NCBI RefSeq assembly: GCF_009914755.1
Contig: NC_060942.1
DNA length: 64,000 bases
Strand: one strand, 5' to 3'
From: the human T2T-CHM13v2.0 reference genome, Homo sapiens
The translations under genes and the position numbers were made by a program. The number at the start of each line of letters is the position of its first letter. Position 1 is the first letter of the stretch. Under the pieces are notes generated by a model. That model did not search any database. It had not been told where the DNA came from and worked only from the letters and a program-made list of their open reading frames with translations. Below are positions 54,201 to 64,000 of this stretch, piece by piece.

Positions 54201-57200
54201 AGAAACTTCTTTGGGATGTTTGCATTCAAGTCACAGAGTAGAACATTCCCTTTGGTAGAGCAGGTTTGAAACACTCTTTTTGTAGTATCTGGAAGTGGAC
54301 ATTTGCAGCACTTTCAGGCCCATGTTGGAAAGGGAAATATCTTCCCGTAACAACTAGGCAGAAGCATTCTCTGAAACTTTTTTGAGATATGTGTACTCAA
54401 CTAAGAGAATTGAACCACCGTTTTGAAGGAGCAGTTTTGAAACACTCTTTTTCTGGAATCTGCTAGACGATATTTGCCTAGCCTTGAGGATTTCGTTGGA
54501 AACGGGATTGTCTTCAGATAAAATCTAGACAGAAGCATTCTCAGAAACTTCTTTGGGATGTTTGTATTCAAGTCACAGAGTAGAACATTCCCTTTGATAG
54601 AGCAGGTTTGAAACACTCTTTTTTTAGTATATGGAAATGGACATTTGGAGCGCTTTCAGGCCTACGTTGGAAAAGGAAATATCTTCCCGTAACAACTAGA
54701 CAGAAGCATTCTCAGAAACTAGTTTCTGATGTGTGTCCTCAACTAACACAGTTGAACTTTTCTTTAGACAGAACAGTTTTGAAACACTCTTTTTGTGGAA
54801 TCTGCAAGTGGATATTTGGCTAGATTTGAGGATTTCGTTGGAAACGGGATTACATATAAAAAGCAGACAGCAGCATTCTCAGAAAGTTCTTTGTGATGAT
54901 TGCATTCAAGTCACAGAATTGAACATTCCCTTTCACAGAGCAGGTTTGAAACACTCTTTTTGTAGTGTGTGTAAGTGGACATTTGGAGCACTTTCCGGCC
55001 TAAGGTGAAAAAGGAAATATCTTCCCATAAAAACTAGACAGAAGCATTCTCAGAAACTTACTCGTGATGTGTGTCCTCAACTAAAGGAGTAGAACCTTTC
55101 TATTCATAGAGAAGGTTTGAAACGCTCTTTTTGTGGAATCTCCAAGTGGATATTTGGCTAGTTTTGAGGATTTCGTTGGATGCGGGAATTCATACAAATT
55201 GCAGACTGCAGCGTTCTGAGAAACATCTTTGTGATGTTTGTATTCAGGACACAGAGATGAACATTCCCTATCATAGAGCAGGTTGGAATCACTCCTTTTG
55301 TAGTATCTGGAAGTGGACATTTGGAGCGCTTTCAGGCCTATGTTGAAAAAGGAAATATCTTCCCATAACAACTAGACACAAGCATTCTCAGAAACTTGTT
55401 TGTGATGTGTGCCCTCTGCTGACAGAGTTGAACCTTTCTTTTCATAGAGCAGTTTTGAAACACTCTTTTTGTAGAATCTGCAAGAGGATATTTGCATAGC
55501 TTTGAGGATTTCGTGGGAAACGGGATTGTCTTCAGGTAAAATCTAGACAGAAGCATTCTCAGAAACTTCTTTGGGATGTTTGCATTCAAGTCACAGAGTA
55601 GAACATTCCCTTTGGTAGAGCAGGTTTGAAACCCTCTTTTTGTAGTATCTGGAAGTGGACATTTGGAGCGCTTTCAGGCCCATGTTGGAAAGGGAAATAT
55701 CTTCCCGTAACAACTAGGCAGAAGCATTCTCAGAAACTTATTTGAGATGTGTGTACTCAACTGAGAGAACTGAACCACCGTTTTGAAGGAGCAGTTTTGA
55801 AACACTCTTTTTCTGGAATCTGCAAGAGTATATTTGCCTAGCCTTGAAGATTTCGTTGGAAACGGGATTGTCTTCAGATAAAATCTAGACAGAAGCATTC
55901 TCAGAAACTTCTTTGGGATGTTTGCATTCAAGTCACAGAGTAGAACATTCCCTTTGGTAGAGCAGGTTTGAAACACTCTTTTTTTAGTATATGGAAGTGG
56001 ACATTTGGAGCGCTTTCAGGCCTACGTTGGAAAAGGAAATATCTTCCCATAACAACTAGACAGAAGCATTCTCAGAAACTAGTTTCTGATGTGTGTCCTC
56101 AACTAACACAGTTGAACTTTTCTTTAGACAGAACAGTTTTGAAACACTCTTTTGTGGAATCTGCAAGTGGATATTTGGCTAGATTTGAGGATTTCGTTGG
56201 AAACGGGATTACATATAAAAAGCAGACAGCAGCATTCTCAGAAAGTTCTTTGTGATGATTGCATTCAAGTCACAGAATTGAACATTCCCTTTCACAGAGC
56301 AGGTTTGAAACACTCTTTTTGTAGTGTGTGTAAGTGGACATTTGGAGCGCTTTCCGGCCTAAGGTGAAATAGGAAATATCTTCCCATAAAAACTAGACAG
56401 AAGCATTCTCAGAAACTTACTCGTGATGTGTGTCCTCAACTAAAGGAGTAGAACCTTTCTATTCATAGAGAAGTTTTGAAACGCTCTTTTTGTGGAATCT
56501 CCAAGTGGATATTTGGCTAGTTTTGAGGATTTCGTTGGAAGCGGGAATTCATACAAATTGCAGACTGCAGCGTTCTGAGAAACATCTTTGTGATGTTTGT
56601 ATTCAGGACACAGAGATGAACATTCCCTATCATAGAGCAGGTTGGAATCACTCCTTTTGTAGTATCTGGAAGTGGACATTTGGAGCGCTTTCAGGCCTAT
56701 GTTGAAAAAGGAAATATCTTCCCATAACAACTAGACACAAGCATTCTCAGAAACTTGTTTGTGATGTGTGCCCTCTACTGACAGAGTTGAACCTTTCTTT
56801 TCATAGAGCAGTTTTGAAACACTCTTTTTGTAGAATCTGCAAGAGGATATTTGCATAGCTTTGAGGATTTCGTGGGAAACGGGATTGTCTTCAGGGAAAA
56901 TCTAGACAGAAGCATTCTCAGAAACTAGTTTGGGATGTTTGCATTCAAGTCACAGAGTAGAACATTCCCTTTGGTAGAGCAGGTTTGAAACCCTCTTTTT
57001 GTAGTATCTGGAAGTGGACATTTGGAGCGCTTTCAGGCCCATGTTGGAAAGGGAAATATCTTCCCGTAACAACTAGGCAGAAGCATTCTCAGAAACTTAT
57101 TTGAGATGTGTGTACTCAACTAAGAGAATTGAACCACCGTTTTGAAGGAGCAGTTTTGAAACACTCTTTTTCTGGAATCTGCAAGAGTATATTTGCCTAG

Positions 57201-60200
57201 CCTTGAGAATTTCGTTGGAAACGGGATTGTCTTCAGATAAAATCTAGACAGAAGCATTCTCAGAAACTTCTTTGGGATGTTTGCATTCAAGTCACAGAGT
57301 AGAACATTCCCTTTGGTAGAGCAGGTTTGAAACACTCTTTTTGTAGTATCTGGAAGTGGACATTTGGAGCGCTTTCAGGCCTATGTTGGAAAGGGAAATA
57401 TCTTCCCTTAACAACTAGGCAGAAGCATTCTCAGAAACTTATTTGAGATGTGTGTACTCAACTAAGAGAATTGAACCACCGTTTTGAAGGAGCAGTTGTG
57501 AAACACTCTTTTTCTGGAATCTGCTAGAGTATATTTGCCTAGCTTTGAGGATTTCGTTGGAAACGGGATTGTCTTCAGCTCAAATCTAGACAGAAGCATT
57601 CTCAGAAACTTCTTTGGGATGTTTCTATTCAAGTCACAGAGTAGAACATTCCCTTTGGTAGAGCAGGTTTGAAACACTCTTTTTTTAGTATATGGAAGTG
57701 GACATTTGGAGCGCTTTCAGGCCTACGTTGGAAAAGGAAATATCTTCCCATAACAACTAGACAGAAGCATTCTCAGAAACTAGTTTCTGATGTGTGTCCT
57801 CAACTAACACAGTTGAACATTTCTTTAGACAGAACAGTTTTGAAACACTCTTTTTGTGGAATCTGCAAGTGGCTATTTGGCTAGATTTGAGGATTTCTTT
57901 GGAAACGGGATTACATATAAAAAGCTGACAGCAGCATTCTCAGAAAGTTCTTTGTGATGATTGCATTCAAGTCACAGAATTGAACATTCCCTTTCACAGA
58001 GCAGGTTTGAAACACTCTTTTTGTAGTGTGTGTAAGTGGACATTTGGAGCACTTTCCGGCCTAAGGTGAAAAAGGACATATCTTCCCATAAAAACTAGAC
58101 AGAAGCATTCTCAGAAACTTACTCGTGATGTGTGTCCTCAACTAAAGGAGTAGAACCTTTCTTTTCATAGAGAAGTTTTGAAACGCTCTTTTTGTGGAAT
58201 CTGCAAGTGGATATTTGGCTAGTTTTGAGGATTTCGTTGGAAGCGGGAATTCATACAAATTGCAGACTGCAGCGTTCTGAGAAACATCTTTGTGATGTTT
58301 GTATTCAGGACACAGAGTTGAACATTCCCTATCATAGAGCAGGTTGGAATCACTCCTTTTGTAGTATCTGGAAGTGGACATTTGGAGCGCTTTCAGGCCT
58401 ATGTTGAAAAAGGAAATATCTTCCCATAACAACTAGACACAAGCATTCTCAGAAACTTGTTTGTGATGTGTGCCCTCTACTGACAGAGTTGAACCTTTCT
58501 TTTCATAGAGCAGTTTTGAAACACTCTTTTTGTAGAATCTGCAAGAGGATATTTGCATAGCTTTGAGGATTTCGTGGGAAACGGGATTGTCTTCAGGTAA
58601 AATCTAGACAGAAGCATTCTCAGAAACTTCTTTGTTATGTTTGCATTCAAGTCAAAGAGTAGAACATTCCCTTTGGTAGAGCAGGTTTGAAACCCTCTTT
58701 TTGTAGTATCTGGAAGTGGACATTTGGAGCGCATTCAGGCCCATGTTGGAAAGGGAAATATCTTCCCGTAACAACTATGCAGAAGCATTCTCAGAAACTT
58801 ATTTGAGATGTGTGTACTCAACTAAGAGAATTGAACCACCGTTTTGAAGGAGCAGTTTTGAAACACTCTTTTTCTGGAATCTGCAAGAGTATATTTGCCT
58901 AGCCTTGAGGATTTCGTTGGAAACCGGATTGTCTTCAGATAAAATCTAGACAAATGCATTCTCAGAAACTTCTTTGGGATGTTTGCATTCAAGTCACAGA
59001 GTAGAACATTCTCTTTGGTAGAGCAGGTTTGAAACACTCTTTTTTTAGTATCTGGAAGTGGACATTTGGAGCGCTTTCAGGCCTACGTTGGAAAAGGAAA
59101 TATCTTCCCATAACAACTAGACAGAAGCATTCTCAGAAACTAGTTTCTGATGTGTGTCCTCAACTAACACAGTTGTACATTTCTTTAGACAGAACAGTTT
59201 TGAAACACTCTTTTTGTGGAATCTGCAAGTGGATATTGGGCTAGATTTGAGGATTTCGTTGGAAACGGGATTACATATAAAAAGCAGTCAGCAGCATTCT
59301 CAGAAAGTTCTTTGTGATGATTGCATTCAAGTCACAGAATTGAACATTCCCTTTCACAGAGCAGGTTTGAAACACTCTTTTTGTAGTGTGTGTAAGTGGA
59401 CATTTGGAGCGCTTTCCGGCCTAAGGTGAAAAAGGACATATCTTACCATAAAAACCAGACAGAAGCATTCTCAGAAACTTACTCGTGATGTGTGTCCTCA
59501 ACTAAAGGAGTAGAAACTTTCTATTCATAGAGAAGTTTTGAAACGCTCTTTTTGTGGAATCTCCAAGTGGATATTTGGCTAGTTTTGAGGATTTCGTTGG
59601 AAGCGGGAATTCATACAAATTGCAGACTGCAGCGTTCTGAGAAACATCGTTGTGATGTTTGTATTCAGGACACAGAGTTGAACATTCCCTATCATAGAGC
59701 AGGTTTGAATCACTCCTTTTGTAGTATCTGGAAGTGGACATTTGGAGCGCTTTCAGGCCTATGTTGGAAAAGGAAATATCTTCCCATAACAACTAGACAG
59801 AAGCATTCTCAGAAACTTATTTGAGATGTGTGTACTCAACTAAGAGAATTGAACCACCGTTTTGAAGGAGCAGTTTTGAAACACTCTTTTTCTGGAATCT
59901 GCAAGTGGATATTTGGCTAGCTTTGGGGATTTCGCTGGAAGCGGGAATACATATAAAAAGCACACAGCAGCGTTCTGAGAAACTGCTTTCTGATGTTTGC
60001 ATTCAAGTCAAAAGTTGAACACTCCCTTTCATAGAGCAGTCTTGAAACACCCCTTTTGTAGTATCTGGAACTGGACATTTGGAGCGCTTTCAGGGCTAAG
60101 GTGAAAAAGGAAATATCTTCCCATAAAAACTGGACAGAAGCATTCTCAGAAACTTGTTTATGCTGTATCTACTCTACTAACAAAGTTGAACCTTTCTTTT

Positions 60201-61740
60201 GATAGAGCAGTTTTGAAATGCTCTTTTTGTGGAATCTGCAAGTGGATATTTGGCTAGTTTTGAGGATTTCGTTGGAAGCTGGAATTCATGCAAATTGCAG
60301 ACTGCAGCGTTCTGAGAAACATCTTTGTGATGTTTGTATTCAGGACACAGAGTTGAACTTTCCCTATCATAGAGCAGGTTGGAATCACTCCTTTTGCAGT
60401 ATCTGGAAGTGGACATTTGGAGCGCTTTCAGGCCTATTTTGGAAAGGGAAATATCTTCCCGTAACAACTAGGCAGAAGCATTCTCAGAAACTTATTTGAG
60501 ATGTGTGTACTCAACTAAGAGAATTGAACCACCGTTTTGAAGGAGCAGATTTGAAACACTCTTTTTCTGGAATCTGCAAGAGTATATTTGCCTAGCCTTG
60601 AAGATTTCGTTGGAAACGGGATTGTCTTCAGATAAAATCTAGACAGAAGCATTCTCAGAAACTTCTTTGGGATGTTTGCATTCAAGTCACAGAGTAGAAC
60701 ATTCCCTTTGGTAGAGCAGGTTTGAAACACTCTTTTTTTAGTATATGGAAGTGGACATTTGGAGCGCTTTCAGGCCTACGTTGGAAAAGGAAATATCTTC
60801 CCATAACAACTAGACAGAAGCATTCTCAGAAACTAGTTTCTGATGTGTGTCCTCAACTAACACAGTTGAACTTTTCTTTAGACAGAACAGTTTTGAAACA
60901 CTCTTTTTGTGGAATCTGCAAGTGGATATTTGGCTAGATTTGAGGATTTCGGTGGAAACGGGATTACATATAAAAAGCAGTCAGCAGCATTCTCAGAAAG
61001 ATCTTTGTGATGATTGCATTCAAGTCACAGAATTGAACATTCCCTTTCACAGAGCAGGTTTGAAACACTCTTTTTGTAGTGTGTGTAAGTGGACATTTGG
61101 AGCACTTTCCGGCCTAAGGTGAAAAAGGAAATATCTTCCCATAAAAACTAGACAGAAGCATTCTCAGAAACTTACTCGTGATGTGTGTCCTCAACTAAAG
61201 GAGTAGAACCTTTCTATTCATAGAGAAGGTTTGAAACGCTCTTTTTGTGGAATCTCCAAGTGGATATTTGGCTAGTTTTGAGGATTTCGTTGGATGCGGG
61301 AATTCATACAAATTGCAGACTGCAGCGTTCTGAGAAACATCTTTGTGATGTTTGTATTCAGGACACAGAGATGAACATTCCCTATCATAGAGCAGGTTGG
61401 AATCACTCCTTTTGTAGTATCTGGAAGTGGACATTTGGAGCGCTTTCAGGCCTATGTTGAAAAAGGAAATATCTTCCCATAACAACTAGACACAAGCATT
61501 CTCAGAAACTTGTTTGTGATGTGTGCCCTCTGCTGACAGAGTTGAACCTTTCTTTTCATAGAGCAGTTTTGAAACACTCTTTTTGTAGAATCTGCAAGAG
61601 GATATTTGCATAGCTTTGAGGATTTCGTGGGAAACGGGATTGTCTTCAGGTAAAATCTAGACAGAAGCATTCTCAGAAACTTCTTTGGGATGTTTGCATT
61701 CAAGTCACAGAGTAGAACATTCCCTTTGGTAGAGCAGGTT
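46790..61740 (+). repeat. 7474 bp (44-monomer) tandem super-repeat, two copies
   Basis: 1360+1359+1702+1360+1693 = 7474. ORF pairs include 46927/54401, 48494/55968, 49988/57462, 52343/59817 and 53721/61195. Confidence 0.93.
49304..51005 (+). repeat. 10-mer HOR variant CDDEF (1702 bp); copy at 56778-58479
   Basis: Two consecutive D-type dimers at 49646 and 49988, 342 bp apart, and again at 57120 and 57462. Confidence 0.9.
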
Positions 61741-64000
61741 TGAAACCCTCTTTTTGTAGTATCTGGAAGTGGACATTTGGAGCGCTTTCAGGCCCATGTT
61801 GGAAAGGGAAATATCTTCCCGTAACAACTAGGCAGAAGCATTCTCAGAAACTTATTTGAGATGTGTGTACTCAACTAAGAGAATTGAACCACCGTTTTGA
61901 AGGAGCAGTTTTGAAACCCTCTTTTTCTGGAATCTGCAAGAGTATATTTGCCTAGCCTTCAGGATTTCGTTGGAAACGGGATTGTCTTCAGATAAAATCT
62001 AGACAGAAGCATTCTCAGAAACTTCTTTGGGATGTTTGCATTCAAGTCACAGAGTAGAACATTCCCTTTGGTAGAGCAGGTTTGAAACACTCTTTTTTTC
62101 GTATATGGAAGTGGACATTTGGAGCGCTTTCAGGCCTACGTTGGAAAAGGAAATATCTTCCCATAACAACTAGACAGAAGCATTCTCAGAAACTAGTTTC
62201 TGATGTGTGTCCTCAACTAACACAGTTGAACTTTTCTTTAGACAGAACAGTTTTGAAACACTCTTTTTGTGGAATCTGCAAGTGGCTATTTGGCTAGATT
62301 TGAGGATTTCGTTGGAAACGGGATTACATATAAAAAGCAGACAGCAGCATTCTCAGAAAGTTCTTTGTGATGATTGCATTCAAGTCACAGAATTGAACAT
62401 TCCCTTTCACAGAGCAGGTTTGAAACACTCTTTTTGTAGTGTGTGTAAGTGGACATTTGGAGCGCTTTCCGGCCTAAGGTGAAAAAGGAAATATCTTCCC
62501 ATAAAAACTAGACAGAAGCATTCTCAGAAACTTACTCGTGATGTGTGTCCTCAACTAAAGGAGTAGAACCTTTCTATTCATAGAGAAGTTTTGAAACGCT
62601 CTTTTTGTGGAATCTCCAAGTGGATATTTGGCTAGTTTTGAGGATTTCGTTGGAAGCGGGAATTCATACAAATTGCAGACTGCAGCGTTCTGAGAAACAT
62701 CTTTGTGATGTTTGTATTCAGGACACAGAGATGAACATTCCCTATCATAGAGCAGGTTGGAATCACTCCTTTTGTAGTATCTGGAAGTGGACATTTGGAG
62801 CGCTTTCAGGCCTATGTTGAAAAAGGAAATATCTTCCCATAACAACTAGACACAAGCATTCTCAGAAACTTGTTTGTGATGTGTGCCCTCTACTGACAGA
62901 GTTGAACCTTTCTTTTCATAGAGCAGTTTTGAAACACTCTTTTTGTAGAATCTGCAAGAGGATATTTGCATAGCTTTGAGGATTTCGTGGGAAACGGGAT
63001 TGTCTTCAGGTAAAATCTAGACAGAAGCATTCTCAGAAACTTCTTTGGGATGTTTGCATTCAAGTCACAGAGTAGAACATTCCCTTTGGTAGAGCAGGTT
63101 TGAAACCCTCTTTTTGTAGTATCTGGAAGTGGACATTCGGAGCGCTATCAGGCCCATGTTGGAAAGGGAAATATCTTCCCGTAACAACTAGGCAGAAGCA
63201 TTCTCAGAAACTTATTTGAGATGTGTGTACTCAACTAAGAGAATTGAACCACCGTTTTGAAGGTGCAGTTTTGAAACACTCTTTTTCTGGAATCTGCAAG
63301 AGTATATTTGCCTAGCCTTGAGGATTTCGTTGGAAACGGGATTGTCTTCAGATAAAATCTAGACAGAAGCATTCTCAGAAACTTCCTTGGGATGTTTGCA
63401 TTCAAGTCACAGAGTAGAACATTCCCTTTGGTAGAACAGGTTTGAAACACTCTTTTTGTAGTATCTGGAAGTGGACATTTGGAGCGCTTTCAGGCCTACG
63501 TTGGAAAAGGAAATATCTTCCCATAACAACTAGACAGAAGCATTCTCAGAAACTAGTTTCTGATGTGTGTCCTCAACTAACACAGTTGAACTTTTCTTTA
63601 GACAGAACAGTTTTGAAACACTCTTTTTGTGGAATCTGCAAGTGGATATTTGGCTAGATTTGAGGATTTCGTTGGAAACGGGATTACATATAAAAAGCAG
63701 ACTGCAGCATTCTCAGAAAGTTCTTTGTGGTGATTGCATTCAAGTCACAGAATTGAACATTCCCTTTCACAGAGCAGGTTTGAAACACTCTTTTTGTAGT
63801 GTGTGTAAGTGGACATTTGGAGCGCTTTCCGGCCTAAGGTGAAAAAGGAAATATCTTCCCATAAAAACTAGACAGAAGCATTCTCAGAAACTTACTCGTG
63901 ATGTGTGTCCTCAACTAAAGGAGTAGAACCTTTCTATTCATAGAGAAGTTTTGAAACGCTCTTTTTGTGGAATCTCCAAGTGGATATTTGGCTAGTTTTG

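Larger units (their letters stand above)
1..64000 (+). repeat. Centromeric alpha-satellite higher-order repeat array, dimeric (SF2-type), most likely human chromosome 18 D18Z1
   Basis: Continuous ~170 bp monomers with alphoid hallmarks (GCATTCTCAGAAACT, TTTGAAACACTCTTTTTGTAG, GGAAATATCTTCCC). A CENP-B box occurs every ~340 bp. HOR periods are 1360 and 2035 bp. EcoRI sites in dimers B and F would give ~1.36 and ~0.68 kb fragments, as I recall for D18Z1. The alpha-satellite call is certain; the chromosome assignment is about 0.85. Confidence 0.98.

Noticed and set aside
56-63842. About 200 short ORFs (61-125 aa) recurring on both strands
   Set aside because: They are translations of alpha satellite that recur with the HOR period and overlap in conflicting frames. 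Many use TTG/GTG starts, none shows a recognisable domain, and they are gained or lost through random SNVs.
1-64000. CRISPR-like or prokaryotic defence array
   Set aside because: There are no unique spacers, leader or cas genes. The entire unit is repeated and is recognisably alphoid.
1-64000. L1/Alu insertion, inversion or non-satellite island
   Set aside because: Dimer spacing accounts for the whole window in one orientation. I saw no poly-A tail, target-site duplication or reverse-complement monomers.

Overview
The whole 64 kb window is one uninterrupted, single-orientation array of primate centromeric alpha satellite (~170 bp monomers). It has dimeric organisation, with a CENP-B box in every second monomer alternating with pJ-alpha-like boxes. 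By eye it resolves into six dimer types: A 337 bp, B 338, C 342, D 342, E 338, F 338. These build a 2035 bp 12-mer (ABCDEF) and a dominant 1360 bp 8-mer (CDEF), which best fits the human chromosome 18 active array D18Z1 (suprachromosomal family 2). That assignment comes from recalled HOR sizes, not from a database search. Variant HORs are ABDEF (1693 bp), CDDEF (1702 bp), DEF (1018 bp) and ABC (1017 bp). Nested recent tandem duplications have periods of 2720, 9159, 5440 and 7474 bp, and there is a dispersed copy at 24468 bp. I found no genes, transposon insertions or inversions; all ORFs are repeat artefacts. I see no new protein-coding or RNA system. The most interesting signals are the linkage between C-dimer-skipping HOR variants and dead CENP-B boxes, local clusters of dead boxes, and variant breakpoints that fall in internal homologies of the HOR. 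All counts were made by eye and need computational confirmation.
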